Origin: Octopus bimaculoides
Taxonomy: Eukaryota
DNA length: 35,641 nt
Direction of reading: 5' to 3'
Assembly: GCF_001194135.2 (NCBI RefSeq)
Contig: NC_068994.1
Span: 18,664,156-18,699,796 of the forward strand
Position numbers and translations under genes: made by a program. Shown here piece by piece: positions 1 through 10,936 of this stretch. Each line of letters starts with the position of its first letter. Position 1 is the first letter of the stretch. The notes under the pieces are model-generated. The model ran no database searches. It was not told the origin of the DNA and was given only the letters and a program-made list of their open reading frames with translations.

Positions 1-276
1 GCCAGTAAATCTCTCTTAAGCCAAACCTTACTGTTTTCTTTTAAACAGGAAATAGCCTTTAAAAAGATGAAATCTAGGATACAAAAATCTACCTAACAAT
101 TAAAATGGGATGGTTGGTTTGAGTGCTGAGGTTAAACAACAACAAGCATTGCAGCCCTTCCTACAAACAGCTGCACCGTAACAATGAACTCACCACCACT
201 AAATTCAATATTCTATTATATCACCACCATAATCAGTGTATCATAATTGCTAACATCACACAAATTGAACATCTCG

Positions 277-448
277 ATATATATATATATATATACAACA
301 AGCATATTTCAGTTTCTGTCTACCAAATCCATTGGTTGGCCCAAAGCTATAGTAGAAGACACTTGCCCAAGGCGCCACACAGCGGGACTGAATCCGGAAC
401 CATTTGTTTGGGAAGTGAGCTTCTTACCACAAAGCCACATCTGTGCCT
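277..448 (-). mobile_element. SINE family A, 5' tRNA-like head plus central (TA)n
   Basis: Reverse complement matches the head seen at 7105 and 12818 (gtggc..tgtggtaagaagc...ggttcc.gattcagtccc.ctg), with Pol III A/B-box-like motifs. Confidence 0.85.
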
Positions 449-855
449 GATAAGTAATTCACCAGTTTCACAGTGCTGTTGCTTACAATTATGACTTTAT
501 ATGGCCTTCCATTCCTACATGGAATGAAAGCATGGTCACAAAAAACACACACAATCTATTATTATTCATATGTGAGAATACTTGATGTGAACTCTGTGAA
601 TCACCTCATAACTTGTCAGTTTCCATTCTATTTTCAAGTGTTACCCACTTTGTTGCCAAGTAAGTAGAGAAGGAGAGGTTAAGAGGCCATCTACTTGATG
701 AGAAAGACTCTCCTAAACTATTTAATAAAAGCAAACATTGCCTTGAGGTTAAAATAATAGATTCCTGATCACATTCATCTTAGAATTACCATAGCTTTTG
801 TGGTGTGTCCTTTAACAAAGCACATAACTGCAAGCTCCAGATGCCAGAAAAGACT

Positions 856-1067
856 NNNNNNNNNNNNNNNNNNNNNNNNNNNNNNNNNNNNNNNNNNNNN
901 NNNNNNNNNNNNNNNNNNNNNNNNNNNNNNNNNNNNNNNNNNNNNNNNNNNNNNNNNNNNNNNNNNNNNNNNNNNNNNNNNNNNNNNNNNNNNNNNNNNN
1001 NNNNNNNNNNNNNNNNNNNNNNNNNNNNNNNNNNNNNNNNNNNNNNNNNNNNNNNNNNNNNNNNNNN
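856..1067. other. Assembly gap (N run)
   Basis: 212 consecutive N. Confidence 1.
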
Positions 1068-1283
1068 GGAGAGGGAGGGAGAGGGGGAAGAGTTCCATTC
1101 CTACTTCACATTTGAGTGGCTAGAAGCAGGAAATGGATGGGGAAACTACTACTACTCCATCAAAACAAATATCACACCACATATACACCATGCTAGCATG
1201 GAAAAAGAAACTGACAAATAAAAAAACAAAAATGTTAACTGAAATGTATAACCCACCACACTGTATGTTATTGAGACTACAAG

Positions 1284-1625
1284 GACCTGGTATAGCTGTG
1301 TAGTTAAGAAGCTCACTTTGCAACCATGTGGTTTCAAGTTCAATCCCACTGTGCAACACTTTAGGCAAGTGTCTTCTACTAAAGCCCCAGGCCAACCAAT
1401 GCCTTGTGAGAGAATTTGGTAGATGGAAATAATATGGAAGCCTGGCACCCATGCTGGTGGCATGTAAAAGCACCCATTACACCTCAGAGTGATTGGCGTT
1501 AGGAAGGGCACCCAGCCATAGAAACCATGCCAAATCAGACTGAAGTCTAATGCAACCCCTCAGTTTACTAGCCCTGGTCAAACCATCAAACCCATGGACA
1601 ACGGACGTTAAATGATGATGATTAT
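1284..1625 (+). mobile_element. Composite SINE: family A head joined to an RTE-LINE-type 3' tail ending in (ATG)n
   Basis: 1284-1440 matches the A head; 1445-1625 matches the 3' UTR of the LINE fragment at 6760-6947 (ggtggcatgtaaaagcaccc...ggcgttaggaagggc...aacggacgttaaatgatgatga). Confidence 0.8.
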
Positions 1626-1847
1626 ATATATATATATATATATTTATATAAATATAATTATAAACTACGGTTTAAACAATAAATTACCTGCCTCTGGATG
1701 CCCTCTAACCAAGACGGTACCCGTACAGGTGATTCCCAGGAGTGCCTCCAGATTTAAACATCCCCTGGTTGCTTGGATGCTTCAGACTACCCCTGAAGGA
1801 TTGAGACAAGCCTATCATTTACCTATATATATATATATATATATGTA

Positions 1848-2073
1848 CAGGGTTGGCCAAAAGTCACCTGACAATAAATCAAAACCATTTAATTCCAAGA
1901 TTAAAACATAAAATTATTTTATGAGACTTCACTAATAAAGAGACAAATGTTGGAAAAAAAATCGGTGGTTTTAACTCACATCATTCAATTATTGAACATT
2001 CATAATTGGAATGAATAAATAAAATTGAATATTAAGTGTCTATGGAATTTTGATTTACTGTCGGCCAACCCTG
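1848..2073. mobile_element. Tc1/mariner-type MITE
   Basis: Terminal inverted repeats CAGGGTTGGCCAAAAGT / reverse complement CAGGGTTGGCCGACAGT, TA on both sides, inserted next to a (TA)n tract. Confidence 0.85.
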
Positions 2074-2259
2074 TATATATTTAAATATGAATTGGAAGCA
2101 TCTCGAGGTATATAAATAAAATCGAACCCACATACACAAGGTGTGTGTGTTTTATTAGTTCATGGGCCAGCTGCAAAAGGGACCTGATGTGAGTTGTCTT
2201 GCTTGCCTATGATTTACTTTCAGGTGTTTTCAACATCAGGTACATTGAGAATAGATTCT

Positions 2260-2488
2260 TATTTCTTTACTGCCCACAAGGGGCTAAACATAGAGGGGAC
2301 AAACAAGGAATTAAGTCGATTACATCGACCCCAGTGCGTAACTGGTACTTAATTTATCGACCCCAAAAGGATGAAAGGCAAAGTCGACCTCGGCGGAATT
2401 TGAACTCAGAACGTAGAGGCAGACGAAATACTGCTAAGCATTTTGCCCGACGTGCTAACGATTCTGCCAGCTCGCCGCCTTAAGAATA
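2260..2488 (-). mobile_element. SINE family B, near-intact young copy
   Basis: High identity to the copy at 16306-16537, CpGs retained, 14-bp target-site duplication tgagaatagattct (2246-2259 and 2489-2502). Confidence 0.92.
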
Positions 2489-2884
2489 TGAGAATAGATT
2501 CTGGTTACACCTAAAATGCAGCCAACACAAGAAACCAACAATGCAAGCACTTTGTGTATGTGTGTTCTAATTCATATTTGAATTTTTCCGTGGCATGAAA
2601 CAAGACATGCCAGTAAATGGTTTTTAAACCATTTAGCATATAGTCATAGTCAGCAATATAGCTTGTAGTAGGCTGTGTTCAGTATGCTGCATTGAAAAGT
2701 CAACAATGATGAAACATCAATGTCTGTTGCTCCGAAAAGGAACCTAATATGAATTGTCTCACTTCTCTATAACTTACTTTCAGGTGTTTTTAACACCAGG
2801 CACCCTGAGAATATATTCTCTTATGCCTAAAATGCAGCTGACCCACAAACCAATAACACACATATCTTGTGCATGTGTGTTTGA

Positions 2885-3410
2885 TTTTGTTTACATGTGT
2901 ATGTGTGTGTCCACTACTTGACAACTGGGGTTGGTTTTTTTATGTCCACGTAACTTAGCAGTTTAGCACAAGTGACGTTTAGAATAAGTACCAGACTTTG
3001 AAATAAGTACTGGTGAAGGTTTGATCAAGTAAACCAGTGTCTTCCAACCTATCTTCCCCACAAGCGCCACTATAACTTTCCAGAAAAATGATTGCTTCAT
3101 CAGTGATTTTTAAAAAACAACTTTACTTTTAATATTCTATCACGATTCTTCAATACAAAAGAATCTACTCTTTTATTAAATACTGAGCAAAAAAAAGTAC
3201 ATTATTGACTAAGAGAAAAAAAAAGTGACTCATTTTTATGAGTTTAACGAGAACTTTGTGCTTGCCAACTATGTCACCATGCCCTACCACAATTTTCCCA
3301 GGCCCCTCCCGTGCGGCATTTGCCCCACATTTGGAATCACTGGACTAAACCATTCAGAGCAGTACCCCAGCATAGCAGCAAGCCAATGACTGAATCGAAA
3401 AGATAAAATA
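2885..3410 (+). mobile_element. SINE family A 3' half, split by a hAT MITE
   Basis: Tail motifs (cttgacaac..., gtaacttagc, agaataagtac) at 2885-3034 resume at 3343 (gactaaac...cagcat...aatgactgaa...aaaagataaaa). Confidence 0.75.
3035..3342. mobile_element. hAT (Charlie-like) MITE
   Basis: Ends CAGTGTCTTCCAAC... and ...TTGGAATCACTG (CAGTG-type TIR); degenerate 8-bp TSD aagtaaac / gactaaac. Confidence 0.75.
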
Positions 3411-3467
3411 GGCAAATATTTTACATTGTAAAATTATATAAATTGTATGGCATACTGCAAAAGTAAA

Positions 3468-3468
<1 letters not shown>

Positions 3469-3504
<36 letters not shown>
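3469..3504 (+). repeat. Poly(A) tract, 36 nt
   Basis: Read directly from sequence. Confidence 0.95.
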
Positions 3505-3507
<3 letters not shown>

Positions 3508-4549
3508 AAAACAGGATACAGACAATGGTTATAGTAGAGAAAGACAACCAATGTAGCCGAGGACATTTAATTTGAATGATTGATGCATACTTTGGGAAAC
3601 AAGCTGTGAGTCAGCAGCAGTTAAATTGAGAAGTCAGTCCTCATTAAGTAGACCTGTAAACCTATGATCCAAGTGTTCCAGCAGAGATTATGTAGTCCAA
3701 TACTTCTCACACTATTTTAACAACAGTTCAACACTCCATCCCCTATAATATCAAGCCAGAGTAATTTACTTGTGTCATGGGTGATGGTGACTAATTAATT
3801 AAATCTACCCACAGTACCATCCAACTGTCAGTCAATACCCTAAATGGTATTATATTGTTTTGGTTATCTTGTCATTGTTACTCATCTTGTCTGCTGTTGT
3901 AATTGTGGCTAACAAGCAATTTATCATATTACAAACTTTTTATGCTGTTTTTAGAAGTGTCATTCAAATAGGAATCAATAGCTAAAAAAAAAAAAACCAT
4001 TCAGATACAGCTATGTACCACCCTTACTATCTCCCTTTATCCACAGTACCCATATAAAATTTTTCATTGCCCTCACACCCAGTGGTTGGTACCACCCACT
4101 CTGAGTAGCACTGGTCTAATATTTTCTCCAGCCACAGTACATCTAGCATCATATCATCCAATACGACCCTCTCTTTATCTCTTTATAAGGTGGTAGGGGG
4201 GTTGTCTGACAGAGAGCTTAGTAGTTGTTTTCAGCAGATAATTTGGCTCAATGAGTCCTATAGATGACCAGAGTAGAACGAGTGAAGTTTCAAGAGTAAT
4301 TAATTCAGACCTGAAAGTATTAAGATCCCCTTGAGTGAATGGTACAAGATTAATGGAAAGATATGTGATTCTAGACTTCTTAATTACTTGTGAGCATGGA
4401 CTAATTAGGATTGATAATTGGTGATAATGATAATGTTTAGCCTTGGGCCAGCCCTGATCATGTCTAGCTTATGCTCAAAAGTTGTCTGTTTTATCCAGAT
4501 ATAGTATTGTGATTGGGACTGCATTATTCAATGTCTTGTCTTTTTATAA

Positions 4550-4769
4550 CCCTTTAGCATTTAAACTGGCCATAACCAGCCCAAATATTCTACCTGCTTT
4601 ATGTTCAAACTGACCAGATCTGATTTCTCACACCTACTCTACAATGTCATTGTAAAAATAAACAATCAAGTTATTGAAATCTCAAAGCTACAAAATAATA
4701 CATGATTAATTCAAAACAATGTGAATAAATAAGCATTACATTTAACAAAGTAATCTAAATGCTAAGGGG
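4550..4769 (-). mobile_element. piggyBac-type MITE (~220 bp)
   Basis: Ends ccctttagcatt...aatgctaagggg, flanked by (A)TAA and TTAA; internal sequence shared with the other copies. Confidence 0.85.
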
Positions 4770-6329
4770 TTAAATATGATATGATAGTAGAGGAAGATTT
4801 GGCTGATATTTCTAACAATCAAGTGATCACATACAACTTTTGTTTGTCCCCCTCTCTCATCAGTACTATGATAATGACAGTGAAATATCTTTCAAAGATT
4901 TTTTTTTTCTGACATAAAAGAATAGTTAGAAAACAGAATGTTTGTTGTATTAAAAGACTAATTGTTTACGATCTGTTAGAGATGTAAATATATAATGATC
5001 ACTAAAATATAATTAAAGTAGAATATTTTTAATGAAATTGGTTTCCAGTAAATATTATTTTGAAACAAAATGTAACATTTTGATGATGAAGACAACATGT
5101 ATAATAAATAAATAATCCAAATTTACAGAATTATTCAATTTATGTGAAACAAGGCTGAAAATATTTAATGTGAGAGGAGATGGGGCAGCACAAACAACAA
5201 CAAAAAAATGTAAAGAATTGAAAAACACATCATCAATTCTAATGAATTTGCATAATTTTTAGCTTTTAATCACAAAACACTAAAAACGCTGAATTGAACA
5301 TAATTGGTTTTTACTTTTTTTTTAAAATAAAATTCAAAGAAAATTAATAATGGTAATTTTTTAAAGTGGAAAATTTCAATAAAATTCAACTACTTATTTA
5401 CATGATCATTTTACAGAAGTAATTTGGCTTATGTATCACATATGCATTAGCTATAAATGTTAGTTTCTTTTGTATTAAAGCAGCAACAAACTATCTATGA
5501 CATTTAAATCATATTCCTTATAGATATAGACAAAGTATTTGTAAAACTAAAACAAAGACAATTTTTAATGTCATTGAAGCATATTTTGTACACCATTCAT
5601 TTCACTTGCAGTTAAAATCCATTGAGAATGTCAGATCTTTTAAATAACTCCATTATGTAGATGGCTCCAACAATAAAGATTCTAGTAATGCACAAATACA
5701 TCTGATTGGTACTCTAAAAAGGAAAAGTTATTTTCCATCATCACCATATGAACTGCAACGCAAGAATTAGCTATTAAAATATAAAATGAAAGAAAAAGAA
5801 TAAAACCAGGTCATATGATCTTAAGTTGAAGATGAGCGCTGACATTCAATTTTGATTTTACAGTCCTTTGTTCTATTTATCAACCCAAGCAGGCTGAAAA
5901 GCAAAGTCATTATTGATAGTATTCTAAGTTGGAATTGTTAAAATTATCTTATTTGCCACTTTGCTGGCAACTTTGAATATGACAGAGGAAGGAAAGAACT
6001 CAAATTTATTTTCAAAGTTGTCCATGAAGAGAGGATTAATTCAACAACCTTTCATGGACTTGGAGCCAATCCTTAAATATTGTTTCTATATCAATTAGCA
6101 TTTCATATTCCACAGAAACAACCCCCACTACAGTTTGAAATTATTCTATTCTTAGATGAATCTATCATGTATCAGATCATCAATCATAATTCCTTGAAAT
6201 ACTTCAGTGAGATCTAGCTCATATTGTTTCACCTTACACTTTTTCCCTTTTTTTTTTTTTTTTTATATTGGTTCCTCTACTTTTAGTAGCTTTCACTGTC
6301 AGATAATAGCATTTTCCTATTCATTTCAT

Positions 6330-6947
6330 GAAGGAATCCAGGGTAGAGGTAGACCCAGGAAGACATGGGATGAGGTGGTCAAACATGAGATTCGAACGTT
6401 GGGTCTCACAGAGGCAATGACGAAAGACCGAGACCTCTAGAGATATGCTGTAACTGCGAATAAAGTGAGTTCACGGCTGTATCCTACACCAGTTTCACAT
6501 AACCAGCCCCAGCCCATTCAAAAGTACCTTGGACCATAGGGCAACCTGCTGTGCTTGAGGAGACCTATTGAGTCAAGTACATCAACATCAAAATGAAAAC
6601 CAAATGGAAATTGTAGTTGTGATTCCCATGCCGGTGGCATGCAAAAAGCACCCTCCGAACGTGGCCGATGCCAGTACTGCCTAGACTGGCTTCTGTGCTG
6701 GTGACATGCAAAAAGCACCAACTGATCATGGCCGTTGCCAGCCACCTCTGGCCCCTGTGCTGGTGGCACGTAAAAAGCACCCACTACACTCACAGAGTGG
6801 TTGGCATTAGGAAGGGAATCCAGCTTTAGAAACACTTCCAGATCAGACTGGAGCCTGGTGCAGCCTCCTGGCTTCCCAGACCCCGGTTGAACCATCCAAC
6901 CCATGCTAGCATAGAAAACGGACGTTAAACAATGATAATGATGATGA
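6330..6947 (+). mobile_element. RTE-clade LINE 3' fragment (ORF C-terminus, 3' UTR, (ATG)n tail)
   Basis: Encodes EGIQGRGRPRKTWDEVVKHEIRTLGLTEAMTKDRDL*RYAV, matching the RTE-type C-terminal GRGRPxxxW...DRxxWR pattern; ends aacggacgttaaac(aatg)n. Confidence 0.85.
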
Positions 6948-7104
6948 CTTCACATTGCCAAATGCCAGCCACACTAATAAGACTAGTTTGGATCTAGAAG
7001 ATCACTCAAATAAATGTTCTAGCTCAATTAAATTAAAACAAGGATCCAAAGAAACTAATAATGGCCTCCTTGGTAAAAGCCTTGCTATAAAGTTTGCAAA
7101 TATA

Positions 7105-7476
7105 GGCGCAGGAGTGGCTGTGTGGTAAGTAGCTTGCTTACCAACCACATGGTTCCAGGTTCAGTCCCACTGTGTGGCACCTTGGGCAAGCGTCTTCTTC
7201 TATAGCCTCGGATTTGGTAGACAGAAACTGAAAGAAGCCCGTCGTATATATGTATATATATATATATGTATGTGTTTGTGCGTCTGTGTTTGTCCCCCAC
7301 CTTTGCTTGACAACCGATGGTGCTGTTTATGTCCATGTAACTTAGCGGTTCGGCAAAAGGGACCGATAGAATAAGTACTAGGCTTCCAAAGAATAAGTCC
7401 TGGGGTCGATTTGCTTGACTAAAGGCGGTGCTCCAGCATGGCTGCAGTCAAATGACTGAAACAAGTAAAAGAGTAA
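7105..7476 (+). mobile_element. SINE family A, full length
   Basis: Head ggcgcaggagtggctgtgtggtaag..., central (TA)n/(TG)n, tail ...caaatgactgaaacaagtaaaagagta. Confidence 0.92.
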
Positions 7477-7611
7477 ATATATTTGTCATGAGGAGAACTT
7501 CTAATGTTTTGAGAAAAGCCCTTATTTAGAAAGAGGGCTCTGTTTGAAATCTTGAACTCTTGTCTTCCCAATACATATAAGCTTATTCATATTGACAATG
7601 ATTTCTCCAGT

Positions 7612-7810
7612 GGATTGGCATAGAATCAGGCGACAAAATTCCTGACAGTATTTGTTCTGCTGCTTTATATTCTAAGTTTGAATTCCATTGAGGTCATTTG
7701 CTTTCCATTCTTTGGGAATTGATAAAATAAAGTATTAGTCAAGTACTGGAATCAATTTAATCAACCCTTCTCTTGAAATCTATACCTTTGTCCCAGTGTA
7801 AAAAATTCAT
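7612..7810 (+). mobile_element. Degraded SINE family B variant
   Basis: Remnant B-box (gtttgaattcc), ctttccattcttt...gataaaataaagta...aagtactgg motifs. Confidence 0.6.
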
Positions 7811-7969
7811 ATTTGCAAACTTTTTATATCCTCTTATTTTCCTTCACACTTTTTTGATTATAATTAAAGATACTCTCTAACAAAATACAAATATGTAGTT
7901 ATGGCAATGGTGCCTACAAATGTAGGTTTTATAAAGTCAAGTGCTTAGGTCTAGATTTAGTTGTGTAAA

Positions 7970-8155
7970 ATAATATCCAGCCCTAATATTTTACCTGTTC
8001 TTTGTTCAGACTGGCCAGATCTAACCTTTCACACCTACCCTATAAGGTCATTCTAAAAAGAAATAATCACATCATTGAAATCTCAAAGCTATGAGATAAT
8101 GCTTGATCAATTCAAAACAATGTGAATAAATAAGCCTGACATTTGACAGAATGAA
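7970..8155 (-). mobile_element. piggyBac-type MITE, truncated
   Basis: Internal sequence homologous to 4550-4769. Confidence 0.8.
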
Positions 8156-8467
8156 TGATAAATCTCCTTTTAGCTAAACTGCTTGGTTATCATGTTATTT
8201 TAGTGGTTTCAGCCAGTGAACTGTGATCATAGTGAGGTGCCATCATCAAAGATAACATTTGAAGAAGATATGGGGCAAGATAATCAGTAGGGAATTTGGT
8301 AAAGTGAATCAAAAGTTGGTGGATGCCACAGATTATAACATTTCACATTCACTTGAGAGAAATAAATGAAAGAGTTTATCAGTTTAACATGAATATAAAT
8401 CCAGAGGTGAGAAGGTGATGCTGGTTACTGTTTTACCTGAAGCATTATCATTATAAATAACACAAAG

Positions 8468-8665
8468 ATGGTGGTGAACATAAGGTCAAAATACTTAGTG
8501 GCATTTCATCTGTCTTTCCTTTCTGAGTTCAAATTCTGCCACAGTCAACTTTACCTTTTATCCTTTCGGGGGCGATAAAATAAGTACCAGTTGAGTACTG
8601 GGGTTAAAGTAATGGACTTACACCCTTCCCTGAAGTTGCTTGATTTGTGCCAAAATTTAAAACCA
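8468..8665 (+). mobile_element. SINE family B variant
   Basis: gagttcaaattc B-box; atcctttcgggggcgataaaataagtaccagttgagtactgggg core. Confidence 0.8.
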
Positions 8666-8699
8666 ATATAAATAACACAGATAGCAATTTGTTTTTAAC

Positions 8700-9118
8700 T
8701 GTAGAACTCAAAGTTGATAAAGCTATAAATGATAGCATGTAAATATTGGGTTAAAAAGCCTTTTGGATAGAAAAAGTCAAAAGCAGTTCATGGGACTTGA
8801 ACCCACACCTTCTGTAAACATATCAAACATTCTACCATTGAACCAAATCAATCTTGAAATTCTCTATCCATTTTAGAAGCTTTGTTTTTACCAGTGAGAA
8901 TTGTATGTTGTTGAAGTCCTAAGAGGTATAGAAACTTTGAGAAAATGTGAAATAATTTGTTTTTATGTATAGAATTTGAAGAAGATAAAACTGTAAATAA
9001 CAGCTAGTAAGTATTGGGTTAAAAACCCTTTTGGATAATAAAGTCCAAGGCTGTTCATCAGGTTTGAACCCAGATCTTCTGTAAACATGACATGCATCCT
9101 ACCAGTGGAAGCTCAATT
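8700..9118 (-). repeat. Two diverged tandem copies (~8700-8852 and ~8970-9118) of a segment carrying a tRNA-like head
   Basis: Shared aatattgggttaaaaa.cc.ttttggata and gaaccca...cttctgtaaacat blocks; minus strand reads tggttcaatggtagaat...gggttcaagtccc (A- and B-box-like). Confidence 0.7.
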
Positions 9119-9202
9119 AGTGGAAAAAAAAGAAAGAAAAAAGCGTTAAGCACAACTGGCACCTTCCACAATATGAGGAGAAAAAAAATATCAATTTGCA
9201 AA

Positions 9203-9249
9203 ATTTTAAGATATGTATCTGGTTTATTACCAGATACATATCTTAAAAT
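9203..9249. repeat. Perfect inverted repeat, 21-bp stem with 5-nt loop
   Basis: attttaagatatgtatctggt-ttatt-accagatacatatcttaaaat. Confidence 0.97.
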
Positions 9250-9618
9250 GTGTGAGAGTGATAAACTGTTATACAGGGATAAATACATATTAGATGTGAC
9301 ACACTGTTCAAGTCACAAAAAAAAAAAAAGATCCAGATACAATAAGGTTGTCCAAAATAATTCGGACACTTGGCTCTGTAGTTGACAACTGGATTTGTTT
9401 CTGGCTACTTTATCAGTGTTAATAAAAGGACATATGCATTACAGACTAAAGAAACACAATTATATTCTGCACCTACTCCTTATGACAGTGATCTGTATTT
9501 AAAAAAACTGATGTCCATTTACAGTTATATCAATTAAAATATAGAATAAAGTGTGTATACATAATATACAGACGCATAAAGCAATAGAATGAAATATGAC
9601 AGCAGTCCTTACCTTTAA

Positions 9619-9838
9619 CCTATTAGCATTCAGATTACTCTGTCAAATGTAAAGCTTATTTATTCACATTGTTTTGAATTTATCAAGCATTATCTCATAG
9701 CTTTGAGATTTTAATGATGTGATTATTTCTGTTTAGAATGACATTATAGGGTAGATGTGAGAGGTTAGATCTGGCCAGGTTGAACATAAAATGGATAAAA
9801 TATTAGGATCAGATATGGCTGGTTTAAATGCCGAAGGG
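9619..9838 (+). mobile_element. piggyBac-type MITE, full length
   Basis: TTAA on both sides (9615-9618, 9839-9842); TIR cc.attagcatt / aatgccgaaggg. Confidence 0.88.
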
Positions 9839-10199
9839 TTAATTGAAAGCGAATAAAAATGAAATTGCAGACAGCTTCAGTTTGTTAGTTTTATCTGTTC
9901 AACAAAGAAACTGTAGGGATCTGAGGTTTATCACAAATTATCAATTTCCCAAAAAATAATGAAGGGTAGGAAATTGGTACAATCAGTATTTAGTTATGTT
10001 CTATTATGGTTTGAATTCCAATTAGCTAAAGACAACTTCGCTTTTCATTTATCTGATACTGATGAGCATTACTCTAACAGTACTGGAGTTGATAGAACAG
10101 GCAAAAACCTTTGAAGGTAATAGTATCCCAACACTACCTTCAAAGACCATTAAAAAAAATGAGCAAATATCTTACTGATGTTTGAGGACTATCCTTTTG

Positions 10200-10878
10200 A
10201 TACATATATAAAACACAGGATGTGTGTCTGTCTGTATGTTTGTCGTGTCATTATAACTCGAGATCCACCCAATTGATTTTAAAGAAATTTTATACATGCA
10301 TTACAAAGGGTCCATGGAGTGTCATGGGCCAAAAAAATTTTCAGCTTCTTGCCTAACGCAGGCCCAGGGGCAGATAAACCGCATTTTTTGCATAGTGTTA
10401 AAGCCTGTAACTTGAAGAGTATCCAGTCACTTTCCTCCAAATTTAGAACAAACATTAATTAGACTCCTCAAATTGCTGTTGACTAAAAAAAATTTCTGAT
10501 GCCAACTATGGGCTCTGCCAAAAATGCAGATTAATCAGATTTGAGTAAACTGCACTGGGTTTTATCTTTGTTTTAGGCCATTTTCCAATGATAAAATATT
10601 GACACTACTTATGCATTATAAGTAGCATATAATATTTCATGAAAACCTTTTTGTCCGATTTGGCAGAGGAAATGAGAAAAACATAAAAATTTTTGTCAGT
10701 GCTCTGTTGATGCTTCATGTTATCATCCCACGTACCACCGGGCCTTGTGTGTGTGTGGCTGGGTAAAGGTACAGCAAACCCATTCATCCATTCTCCAGAA
10801 GTGCCCTGTTGACTCACAGCCATTTGAGTTTGACTGTGTGACCACTTCCAGAAGCTATGCTCACCACCTGCAACTAGT
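10200..10878 (+). mobile_element. Non-autonomous Helitron-like element
   Basis: 5' end resembles Helitron starts (tacatatataaaa...tgtgtgtctgtctgtatg) and 3' end terminates in CTAG|T (10874-10878); the terminal hairpin is degenerate. Confidence 0.5.
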
Positions 10879-10911
10879 CCCCCCCCCCCCNNNNNNNNNN
10901 NNNNCCCCCCC
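10879..10911. other. Poly(C) tract spanning a 13-N gap (10891-10903)
   Basis: Read directly from sequence. Confidence 0.95.
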
Positions 10912-10936
10912 CGGTGTTTAGACAGACGAGTAAATG

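Noticed and set aside
1660-1822. GC-richer island as an exon
   Set aside because: Splice-bounded readings on the minus strand contain stops and no family was recognised; probably a repeat remnant
6757-6840. Possible HDV-like ribozyme in the RTE-associated ggcattaggaagggaatcc region
   Set aside because: I could not build the nested double pseudoknot (P1, P1.1, P2, P3, P4) by eye, and the region is 3' rather than 5' of the ORF; an RNArobo/Infernal search would be needed
8720-8852. Functional tRNA gene
   Set aside because: No complete cloverleaf or acceptor stem; the two diverged copies point to a decayed tRNA-derived unit
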